64,000 nt of DNA, from NCBI GenBank assembly GCA_002104905.1, contig MCFE01000023.1:1-64000 (forward strand), in the 5' to 3' direction. The DNA is from Basidiobolus meristosporus CBS 931.73. Its lineage: Eukaryota; Fungi; Basidiobolomycota. The notes beneath the pieces were generated by a model. That model was not told the origin of the DNA and did no database searches. It saw nothing but the letters and a program-made list of their open reading frames with translations. The translations under genes and the position numbers were made by a program. Shown here piece after piece: positions 51,131 to 62,419 of the stretch. How positions within the stretch are numbered: the first letter of the stretch is position 1; every line of letters starts with the position of its first letter.

Positions 51131-54087
51131 ATGTCTCTATCGTGCCACAACAATTACACCAGCACTGGCTCAGTGAATCTGCTGGAGACTCTGCGCGATG
51201 TATCTGCCAAGTATCCTGCCCATGGGATGTACTACATCAACAATTCTGCCGATATCGCCAACCCGACCTTCTCAAGCTATCCCAGCCTTTTGGCCCAGGC
51301 CTATGCTATCGGGGAGAGGCTACGCCCACTAGCAGAGGGAATGTCTAAGAGGGTGGTTGTTCTCTACTTTGACGATCATCAGGACACAATCGAGCACTAT
51401 TGGGGCTGCTTGGCTGCTGGGTTTGTTCCATGTGTTCTTGGTGCTCTGAGAGGGGATGATGATAAAAGAAGTGAGCAGCTCTCGCATCTGAACACTCTTC
51501 TCGGCAAGCCCCTCTTCCTTTGCCGACAGAAGGATCATTCGGAGTTGACCAGTCTATTGTGTGACATTCACATTCAGACCGTTGAAGATCTCGGAGTACA
51601 AAGAGCAAGTGGCTTGGATGGGCCTCAGATCCCATGCATCAATGACGGCTATGGCCAGCGCACTCTTGATGAGGTAGCAGTACTGTTGCTTACCTCTGGC
51701 TCAACTGGCAACTCGAAGGCAGTTGAGCTTACCCACGGGAACATATTTGCCGCGGCAAAGTTCAAGATCGAAGACTACAACCTCGGATCGGACAGCACGG
51801 TGCTGAACTGGGTCGGGTGTGACCATGTGGCTGGACTGGTGGAGAGCCACATCATTCCAATGGTGGCTGGGGCGAATCAAGTGCAAGTGGCCGCCTCGGT
51901 GATCACCCTGGAGCCATTGTCACTATTGCTCGTCGCAGAGGTTTACGAGGCTACTTCCACATTTGCACCCAACTTCCTGCTAGCCAACATTGAGAAAGAC
52001 TTGAGAGGCAAGCTTGAGGACTCAGTCACCGGCCAACCACTCTACAACCTAGCTAAGCTGAAGCGCATCAACTCTGGGGGTGAGGCGAACCTGGTGGATT
52101 TGGGCCAGCAGCTGATTCGTACTCTGACTGAGGCCAACACTGGCTTCACAGGCATTCATTGCCCCTGGCTTCGGAATGACTGAGACGTGTGCTGGGTGTG
52201 TCTACAACAAACAGTTTCCGTTCAATGACAACGGAAAGGAGTTTGCCACTCTCGGCTCACCGTCGCATGGGCTACGCCTGAGGATCGTAGATGGCGAGGG
52301 CCGACAAGTGCCGCCAGAGCTGAGTGGTGATCTGGAGATATTCTGTCCGCAACTCTTTCGAGGATACTACAATAATGCCGAGGCAACCGCTCAGGCCTTC
52401 ACAAGTGACGGCTGGTTCAGAACAGGAGACACAGCAAGCTTGGCTGATGGCAAGTTGCACCTAGTGGGGAGAACTAAGGACACCATCATTCTTCGCGGGG
52501 TGAACTACTACAGCCATGAGCTGGAGGCGGTGTTGCAGGATGTTCATGGTATCGTCCCATCATTCGTCGCCGTTTGCCCCATCCGACCGAAAGGCTCACA
52601 AACGGAACAAGTGGCGGTATTCTATCTCCCCACATTCCCATTGTCAGATGAGAAAGCCATGCTGAGCACTCATTCGAGCATCCGACAAAAGCTCATCATG
52701 AACTGCTCACAAGCACCCACCGTGATTTGTCCTCTGACTGCTAGCTTGCTTGCGAAGAACTCGTTGGGGAAACTATCACGTGGGAAGTTGAGAGAGCGAT
52801 ATGAGATGGGCGAGTTCGAGGAGTACCTGAGCATAGTTGAGCAGGTCACGCAGGCTGAGAAAGCCCGAAACCACAAGAGCCCCTCCACAGACTCTGAGCG
52901 TGCTCTATCCTCGTTCTTGTGCGATATCTTCAATGTTACCGAGGTGTGTGTTGAGGAGAACTTCTTCAGCATGGGTGGCTCTTCGCTAGAGGTGGTGCAG
53001 TAAGTGCTCAACGGTACAGATTTGAGCAAGGATTTTGGCTGATCATGGCTTTCTTACAGATACAAGGCAAGAATTATCAAGCATTTCAGTCTGGACAAGG
53101 TAATATTTCAGGCACTTCAGTATTGGGTCACAAGCAGTTCACTAATGATTCCCATGTGTATCGAAGAACTGGCCAGTGATCCGAATTATGCAGCATCCCA
53201 CTATTCGGGAGCTAGCGGAGCATCTGGACATTCTCCAGTCGGGCACTGGGCCTGCAGAATGTTACGATCCAGTTGTCCCATTACAGGTAACAGGTTCAGG
53301 GGTGCCAATCTTCTTTGTCCACCCCGGAGTCGGTGAGGTACTCATATTCGTCAACCTGGCGAAGTACTTTGCAAACGAACGCCCATTCTATGCACTGCGG
53401 GCTCGAGGCTTCGACAACAACCCATACTTCGAGTCTATGGAGGAGATGGCTGACATGTACACTGCGGCCATTCGCAAGACCCAGCCTCAAGGGCCATATG
53501 CGGTGGCTGGGTACTCGTACGGTGGGGTGGTGGCGTTCGAGATAGCCAAACGACTCGAGGCTCAGGGGCAGAGGGTAGCATTCGTCGGTTTGGTGAACAT
53601 CCCGCCGCACATCAAGCCACGAATGCTCGAGCTGGACTGGACAGAGGGATTCCTGAACCTGTCGTACTTCCTGGATCTCATCACCAAGGAAGAGGCCACT
53701 CGAGTCTCACCGTACCTGCACACGCTGCCACGTGAGGAGCAGATCAATCACATCTGGACCAAGGCGTCACCCGATCGCATCAAGGAACTGGAGATCGACC
53801 GCATCCAACTCGAAAAGTGGGTCGACATTGCAGAGTCCCTGCTGAAGTGTGGTCGCAACTACGAGCCCAGTGGAACAGTCGAGCACGTCTCGGTATTCTA
53901 TGCTATCCCATTGGCCGGGACGAAGGAGGACTGGCTGAATGGGATGCTCATGAAGTGGGATGGATTCACCCGACAAGCCAACAGCTATATCGATGTGCCA
54001 GGTGCACATTATACATTGATGAACCATCACTATGTCCCTTACTTCCAAAAGCACCTTAAAGCAGAGCTGAAAAAGGCGGGAATCTGA
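51131..54087 (+). CDS. NRPS-like A-T-TE enzyme copy C (one single-base insertion near 52156)
   Basis: Near-identical to A and B, with the same two T-domain introns and a TGA stop. ggcattcatt here versus ggcatcatt in A and B. Confidence 0.85.
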
Positions 54088-55378
54088 GCGGGCAGTACAA
54101 GCCTATTCTCACACTGCATATCCACCGTATATGAATATAGTGCTTTATATAGAAGAGCCCACCGGAAGCCAGAGAATGTTTCCAATTATGAAAATTAAAT
54201 ATCGCATTTGCCCTAAAATTCTTGCTTATGTTGCCTTGATTGGCACGGTATTACGCCAATGATGGCTTGAGGAGCGGTCGTGACAACCACAGTCCCAATG
54301 TATTTTATCATTGAAGGGAAGTAGGCTGGGGCATTCAAGTCAGCATAATAGGAATTTCCTTTTGTCAATTTTTGCTCCGCACACTCTCCACTCCTTTCGC
54401 TGCGCCGTAGGATAAAAGTCTTGGCTGGATTATATCTTTTTTAAGTTGATTCATTGATGGTAGCTCTGAAAACTGGATAAGGTCGGCTTAAGGTATGATG
54501 TTGATAGGTCAGTCAAGTACACCTGCGAGGTAACCCTTTTTATTGCTATATTCAGTGGATTTCGTCTCATTCAATTATGCAGATATCCCAGGGCCAATAC
54601 CTCGGACAGAGTGTGTACCTTGAGCCTTTATGTAGCGCTATGCCTTCAATATACAGTCGAGCACTACCTAGATATAGTAAACAGCACTCCGGGAAACGTG
54701 GTTTATTGCTTAGCCAAGACTGCCAACTTCATGTTGATCTGTGATCTCAAAGAGTACCTCGTTTTTCGTGAATGACGCTATTTATTTGGCAGTGTGTAAT
54801 AACCACTGAAGCGGTGTTAACGCTCATATCCATATATATAGAGTCTATTTATTTGCGCCAAGCATCACCTCTGTATCACCTTTGCCATTTCATCTGGGAT
54901 ATAAGGTGGAGTTTTAGTTTGATCTATTTTTTCTTACTAAAGGTGCTTTCGAATATGTACGAAGGGAGACACACTGTAAAACTCTTACCATCGTCGTGTT
55001 AGGTTGCCTGAAGACTAAGTTCTCTTTATTCTTTCTTGTGTGATAAAATGATGGGAAATCTCTGATGGTGCTATGTGAATACTATGCAAACACCCAATAA
55101 ATTCAGAATGAATAATGCTTTTAAAATCTATGTGAGTTCCAACTGTAGTCTGTATTGTATGCTTACGCAAATACAAGCACTCTAGATTAAGCATAATAAG
55201 AAATATCTGGAGGTTAAAGCAAGATACAAATACTGGTAAATGCTGGTTATTGTCTCACCCCTGCATTAGAACTCTATAAAGTGGCTTATTAGTATCCCAG
55301 CCTCTAAAGAGCACTTGTTTTAAGCAATTGATCACTGCTTATCCTTTGCTAGACTGGTTTGGGCTCAATAGTCCAAAG

Positions 55379-55727
55379 TGTTGCAAGAGTCTTGGAGATA
55401 ATGGAAGTGATTTTGAGAACAAGTAGACTATGCAGTTTTCACTTAATAACTTATTTAATGTAAAAGTAGTATTTATACTTTTACATGGTTCTGGCATAAC
55501 AAACATATAGAGTAGACTTAGAAAAGTTCCAAGAACAGGTATGCAAAGCTTGGGGCTATTTAGACAGCTCTTTGAATATTTTCATCAAAATATCAGGTAC
55601 CCAGAACATGAAAATTCTAAGTAAATCCCAACAAGTAAATTGGTCAGTATTCTCTAGAGTTGGTAGGTAATGATCTAACTGACTAAGTTAGGTGAATACT
55701 CTGGAGGAATTATAAACTCTTACAACA
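55379..55727 (-). repeat. 3' LTR of the copia element (349 bp, TG...CA)
   Basis: Ends TGTTGCAAGAG and CTCTTACAACA form an 11-bp terminal inverted repeat with one mismatch; adjacent to the PPT. Confidence 0.85.
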
Positions 55728-56451
55728 CTCCCACTCAATCAAATGTTTATACAGACTAGTCCTAATTATGACCTAAATATTCAAATTTGTCTCTAGCTAA
55801 CAATTTAGTAAATATATCTGCACTCATTTTGTCTTTATGACAATAGACTAAGTTTCCTATGCTATTCTCTATAGCTTCACACATGAAATGATATCTATTA
55901 GCAATGTACTAAGTTCTGGCATGAAAAGTTGGATTTCTACCTAATTGTATACATCCTTGGTTATCTTAAAATACATATTAGGCATTTTTAACATAAGCAT
56001 AAATATTCAAAAAGCTTTCTTAACCACATTGCTTCTTTTGTAGATTTACAGGCTGCCATATACAGCTTCTGTGGTAGAAAGTGCTACAGCTGGCTGCTTT
56101 CTTGAGTTCCATGAAATTACTCCTTTACAGTAGAAAAGGTGTGTCCTGTGGTGGAGCATCTATCTTCTAAATTTCATCCCCAATCAGCATCGGAGCATCC
56201 TGCTAGAACTTGTTCTAAATACTTACAGGAGTGCCCTAAGCAGATATCAGCAGTTCCTTGTAGGTATCTAAAAATCCACTTAACTGCCACAATTGATCAG
56301 ATCCATAGTAATGATTGTACTTGCTGACATCTTACACTAAATATCTGGACATGTTCCAAGCATGATGTACATCAGACTGCTGATCATAGATTGGTAAGGA
56401 AAGCCAGGGCTTTCAGATGGCACCAAGCTCTTCTGATTTGGTTGCATTTTG

Positions 56452-56800
56452 TGTTGTAAAAATTCGTATTTCCACCTAAATATTCACCTAACTTAGTCAC
56501 TTAGATCATCACCTTTAAATCCTAGAGAATACTGACCAAATTCCTTGTCGGGATTTACTTAGAATATTTTCACCAAAATGCCAGGTACCCAGAACATGAA
56601 AATTCTCAAAGTTGTCCAAACAGCCCCAAACTTTGCACACATGTTCTTGGGACCTTCCTTAGCCTATTCTACGTGTTTGTAATGCCAAGACCAGGTAAAA
56701 GTATAAATACTAGTTTTACATTCAATAAATCATTAAGTGAAAACCACATAATCTACTTGTTCTCCAAATCACTTCCAATATCTCCAAGACTCTTACAACT
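56452..56800 (+). mobile_element. Solo LTR of the same family, inserted antisense into the copia RT, with 5-bp TSD TTTTG
   Basis: 349 bp, an inverted homolog of 55379-55727. TTTTG lies at 56447-56451 and 56801-56805. Removing the insert plus one TSD restores the RT frame (..TPMKASLNLFKMQP..PYQSM). Confidence 0.88.
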
Positions 56801-57056
56801 TTTTGAACAGGTTAAGGCTTGCCTTCATTGGGGTAGCTGCCAGTTTACAGTCTTCCATTTGGTACTTCTTTAGTATATATTGAATACACTTTAAATGGCT
56901 TAGGGTGATAGCCTGGGTACTTCTGTACATGGCAAATCTTATCTCCAGGTAGTAAATGAGTTTTCCCAGACCCTGTGAAAATTATTGAGATGATCCTGTC
57001 AAAAGGCCATCACAAAGTTAAAGTCCTGTGACTAAGAGGTACTGATCTTGTTAGGA

Positions 57057-60000
57057 CACTGTCCAGAGACCGTTGAAAAATAATTGCACCCCAAATTTCA
57101 CAAAAAACTTGGTCAAAATTTTTCATCACAACAATGTATTAGTGGCTTTTAATTGGTTCCCTGCTAATTTGCTCACTCTCTGATCCCAGACACTCTATTG
57201 CCTCCTACATTTATGTGAATTGATTGGCTATTGCCTCTTTTCACACTCCTTACTTCCTGACTTGACCATTTCTCTTACTTTTCATGTGTACAAATTGATT
57301 TTTTCTGGTGAAACTCAGTTGCACTTCAATTGCCAGTTGTATTGACCTATACAAGTCTCTATACCCTACAGTAACATTAAGCCCAACCCCACACTCAACA
57401 AGCAACTCCATTAAAATCCACCACTCAATAAGTATTTCTGCAGTAATGCTCTGGTTCCACAACTTTGGCAGGAACCCAACGGCTTTATGCCATTGTTCAT
57501 TCACTAGTTCCCACATGTCCTGGTCTTCAGCTGGCACTGAAAGGTCTAGCTCCTCATCTGCTAGTCTTTGCAATAAATCCTTGAAATATTCCAGTGAGTT
57601 TTCTTGAGCACTGCTCTTGAAGAAGTGCTGCAACCTCTTGGTGCGCCTATTAATGTTCCAAAACTCCACTGAGGGCATTGTGATAGTCTTTTGAGCTTTT
57701 GACATTGTTGCCTTGTCTGTCAGTGGGATATCCACTCTGTCAACAATGGAGGCTGTGGAGGCTGTGGTAGACAAATAGCCTTTTTGGTAAACTTATCTAC
57801 CTTGCTGGAGTGTAACTCAACTGGCTGCGCTTCTTTTTCAGCAAACTCATCTACCTTGCTGGAGTGTAGCTCAACTGGCTGCGCTTCCAACTCTTGTGAA
57901 AACAGCTGTTTTCTTGTTGGTAATTCTTCTTGGCTATGATGGGATTCAGTCTGCTCCTGGCTTGTGGCATTAATTGGCAAGAAATGTATACTTTTTGGCA
58001 TGCCTCCCTGTCTCAGGTTTAGGTATACATTTTTCCATTTGCCTTTTCCTTTATCCCTGCCAGGTCTTTCACTGCTATTTTGTCTGAGTGTCTCTTGTAA
58101 AGAACTACGTTTTCTTCTGGATAAACTCTGCTCTGATGCATCTGTTTTGGCCTCCTTGTCCATTGCTGGTACTCTTCTGGCAACCTGACGTTTCTTTTCT
58201 GCTTGTTTTGAGCTCTTAACTGTAGTGGTGTCAGGCTCCTGTTAAAGCAGCTGGTTTTTATCACTGCCAGGTCCTTCACTGCTACTCTGACTGGGTGCTT
58301 CTTGAGTGGTACTACACTTTTTCCTTGATAAATGTTGTGCTGGTACATCTGCATCTGCCTGCTTATCCCTAATTGGCACTCTTGCAGCTACGTGATGTCT
58401 CTTTGACGCTTGTCTGGAGCTTTTAGCCCTGCTTGAAACAGGCTCTTGAGGAGGCTGCTGGTTTTTAGCCATGGCACCCTTGTTCTTCTGCATTTGATAG
58501 TTTCTGCTATTCTTAAGATACTTTCTTGGCATACCAATGCTGGCCCAAAAATCATTTGCATGTTTGAATCCAGGATAGTGCTCATGGAACAAGTCAAGTG
58601 CATTCTGCTTGGCCTTGAGTTCCTGATGGTCCCATAGTATGCCAGCCTTAAGGTGATAGCATGCTAGGCCTTTTTTAGATGTAGCCCTGCTTGTTGCTGG
58701 ATTCTAGTCCCCCTTATGGGTGCACTCTGACTGTTGTTTGTGCAAGTTCCATATTGAATGGTGTAGAAGTTGGCTTATGACCATGAGAAATCTGGTTTAC
58801 CTTGGTAGAGTTTTCCAAATAAAAATTAGTAGCTTGTTGCACCTAACCCAACTTTGCATTAATTAACTGATTACCCATGCATTGGGGCTGCATAGCTTCT
58901 TAATGCCATAGGCATAGGTGTCTCCATGTGCACATTTGTCCTCAGTATTTTCCAGCTCTTCCTGGCTGTCCTCCATGTGCCAACTCATCACATCCATGAC
59001 AGACTTTAAGGTAATATTCTTGATGGGATTGGGATATGGTAGCTCCTGCAACTTGACTTGCTTCCTATCTCCCTACACCACCCCTCCATAGGAAACTCCC
59101 AAAAGTTGAGTCTAGGTCCAATATTCTCAACATACCAAGCAAGATAGAGTAGAGAATGGGTACAGTAGTGGCAGAGATCAACACACTCAGCTTTATGCTT
59201 GTGGTATATCTGCTCAAATCCTGTTACAAACTCCTTGCACAAAAGCTGTAGAGGTGTAAAGTTGGCATTGGGGATCTGCTTGTGGATAAATATTCCTACA
59301 ATGTCCATGTATAACTCTCAATGCTTTCAATGCACTCTTGGAAGAAATGGTTTTGGAAGGCTACTTGAATAAATGCATATCTAATTCATCCAGTACATGC
59401 AGTTGTATTATTGCATATGCATATGAATATTAATTGGTGCCTGTGAGAAGTACTTAGGTTAGCAAATACTATGGAATATCTTGCCAATTCTTTCAAATTT
59501 CTTGTGCCCAGAAAAGCCAGCTACATTGCTGATGGCTGGGTATCATCAATGATAATAATATGCACTTTGACATGACAGCCATTTACTGTTTTCATGCTGA
59601 AAGCATACAAAATTAATCCAGCAATGGATACAGGTAGCAATCCAGGTTGAACAGAGATTTAGGCCCAGAAACTAGTGAGACTACCATCAGATACTTGCTC
59701 TGATACTCTAAGATAGGTGGCAGAATCAGGTTGATGCAAAGTGGTAGCCAGCAGGATTTGCTGGTAGATTACTTGTTTACTGAGAATCCATCAAGTGACA
59801 AGGCAAGGTATGGTCATATATACCTCAAAGTAGCCATTGCTTCTTAGCTGTTTGTATTGTTTGCCATCAAATATATTAGATATGTTTGTGCTTGATTGTT
59901 ACTGAGTGCAGTACTCTATAGCTTCACAATATTTGCTGGACTGCATGAGCTTCTTTAGATGGGGGATTATTGGAAAATATCTGGAGTGTGGACAATGTCT

Positions 60001-60800
60001 TCCCCCAATGGTGGTGGATTCCTGACAAGTTGGACAAGCTGTAATGGTGGCATCTTCTTATGTGAATGCCATGGAACTGTTAACACATGCTAGTATCAGG
60101 ACAGTCTCTAGATCATATGTAGCCAGCTCAATTATGCTTGTCCATTTATAATGTGTACATGGTAAGTTGCATCCCAAGATGATTAAGCAAGAAGTAGTAG
60201 TATATCCTCAAAGCACCCATGACTGATACTAATGGAAATGTGCCACTTCTCTAGCCACAACATCTCATCATTCACCAGTAGGTGGATTACTGGGCTCACT
60301 TGACTCCGTAGATTGTCCTTATACTTCTTTCCACAGGTGTTGTCTCATTGCATAATAGGATTTTGCCTGGCTCATGCAGGGTACTGTTGTTAGGGAAGAT
60401 AGGCTCTCAATCCATCAGTGAGCTTGCTTCTTCAGAGCTATCACTCTGCATGCATATTTAGAAGGCTTAGGTGAGCCATAAGGTGCCACTGACTCACCTG
60501 ACTCAGTTTGCACAAGGTAACAAGTACAACCAGGTGCCATTATAAAGTATCATATGGCCAGCAAGATATTGTTGAAACAGTGCTGACTGAGGAATGGTCA
60601 AATATGACTTGTGTGGGAAAACACTGGCCACAATCCTTGTAATACTTCCTATGCTGTCTGAGTGGTTCATGGCTGAGAGGCTTGCTACAATAGCCACATG
60701 GTCTTTTTTCTCTTTGTTTACAGCATTGGAGGGAAGTAGTCTTGTCCATGGGGCAAACAGTTTGGCACTCAACAGTGTAATGCTATTATATCATTTCTTT
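57057..60800 (-). mobile_element. Degenerate CACTA/EnSpm-like DNA transposon (transposase remnants plus a second, repetitive ORF region)
   Basis: Minus-strand fragments CGYC..H (about 60700), YDL..ACVNSSMAF..CPTC (60000-60120), SNIFDGKQY, LALSLDGF, SCWLPLCINLILPP (59700-59880) and HSLLYLA..GPRLNFWEFPME (59006-59308). Region 57250-58600 carries a 54-bp tandem repeat and a roughly 200-bp duplication. Termini not identified. Confidence 0.75.
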
Positions 60801-60829
60801 TGTCATTACTCCTGTGAATTTGTGACAGT

Positions 60830-62330
60830 CTTGTCTGTTGGATAGTTCCACATTGAGCCATGAGTGCCAGATGATGCCATAGTGTGCCAGAGAGGCCAAG
60901 TGAGCATATACTTGGCCACAAAGTGTGAAACATAGCTCTGCATCTTCATGCAAAGCAGCCCCTGTGTTTCACCTATGATGCAGGAGAAAGTCCATTTTTT
61001 GACATTTTTTTGTGGATCAATGTTGTGCAGAATGTGTAAGAGCACAGAAGAACTGAAGACATGCATCTGGGACTCAATTTCCATGGCACTCAGAATCTAG
61101 CTCCTGTGGCTTGTAACATGTCACAAAAAGCATGGCACTACCTTGGTCCACTGGTACTATCTGGCACTGTATTTAATTCTTTGCCCTAAAGTAAGATCAA
61201 TACAAAGCACTTATAGTGTTTTCACAAGAGTTGCAAGTGCAGCCCTTTGAGCTTCACTCCAGTGAGGTAGAGGAATTTTCAGAAAAAGACAAGTTTCTAC
61301 CACAGCCTCCATGTCCTCCATTGCTGACAGATTAGAGATACCACTGACAGACAAAGTAACAATGTCAAGAACTCAAAAGGTTACCATAATGCCTTCAGTA
61401 GAATTCTGGAACAATAATGCACACACCATGAGGTTATGGCACTTCTTCATGAGCAGTGTCCAAGAAAGCGCACTTGAATGTAGCAAGAATTGATTGAAAT
61501 GACTGGCAGATGAAGTGCTAGACCTTGCAGTGCTGGCTGAAGACCAGGACATATTGGAAACAGTGAATGAACATTAGACCTGTTCCATTGGATAGTGCCA
61601 CATTGAGCCATGAGTGTCAAATGATGACATAGTGTGCCAGAGAGGCCAAGTGAGCCTATACATGGCCACAGAGTGTAAAGCATAGCTCTGCATCTGTATG
61701 CAAAGCAGCCCCTGTGCTTCACCTATGATGCAGGAGAAAATCCATTTTTTGACAATTTTTATGGATCAATTTTGTGCAAGATGTGTAAGAACTCAGAAGA
61801 GCTGAAGACATGCATCTGGTACACAATACCCATGGCACTCTGAATCTAGCTCCTGTGGCTTGTAACATGTCACAAAAATGCGTGGCACTATCTTGGTCCA
61901 CTGGTACTATCTGGTACTATAGGTGCTTTGTATGAATCTTACTTTAGGGCTAATAATTAAATATAGTGCCAGATAGTACCAGTGGACCAAGATAGTGCCA
62001 CGCATTTTTGTGACATGTTACAAGCCACAAGAGCTAGATTCAGAGTGCCATGGGTATTGTGTACCAGATGCATGTCTTCAGTCCTTTTGTGTTCTTACAT
62101 CCTGCACAACATTGACCTAAAAAAAAAGGTCAAAAAATGGGTTTTCTCCACCACAATGGGTGAAATACAGGGGCTACATTGCAAGAAGATGCAGAGTTAT
62201 GCTTCACACTCTGTGACCAAGTATAGGTTCACTTGGCCTCCTGAGCACACTGTGGCATTATTTGGCACTCATGGCTCAGTATGGGACCCTCCAACTCAAC
62301 AAGTCTATTCTCTGCAAGACTTGACAAATT
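60830..62330. repeat. About 340-bp TE-derived repeat in three copies (two direct, one inverted) forming a long palindrome, plus an inverted paralog of 57500-57770 at about 61298-61577
   Basis: Copies at about 60830-61213 (+), 61580-61920 (+) and 61922-62330 (-). Confidence 0.85.
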
Positions 62331-62419
62331 TTTGACAGTCAGCTATGATATTTGACTAGCAATATCCATCAGAATGTAGCTTCTTTATGAGCATGTCAGC
62401 TCCAAAGTGACCAAGTAAA

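Larger units (their letters stand above)
55379..57056 (-). mobile_element. Degenerate Ty1/copia LTR retrotransposon, 3' part (RT-RNase H, PPT, 3' LTR)
   Basis: Minus-strand remnants YQSMISSLMY..GTCPD, RYLQGT, GCSDADWG, KQPAVALSTTEA, DNQG..NPTFHART and ADIFTK. PPT TTGAGTGGGAG (55728-55738) abuts the LTR start TGTTG. Confidence 0.9.

Noticed and set aside
122-54087. Numerous antisense and alternative-frame ORFs in the track (for example 11582-12061, 21234-21644, 29718-30248, 32111-32701, 42125-42547)
   Set aside because: They overlap well-supported genes or duplicated promoters and have no recognisable domains. Their recurrence across NRPS copies simply reflects the duplication.
57057-57075. 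CACTG as the left terminus of the CACTA-like element
   Set aside because: It coincides with the point where copia homology stops, but I could not find a matching right-hand TIR or a 3-bp TSD, so it is left unassigned.
61160-61975. hAT-type terminal inverted repeats (CAGTG/TAGTG ends)
   Set aside because: Homology between copies continues about 45 bp past the apparent ends, so they are not element termini. No 8-bp TSD or hAT transposase was seen.
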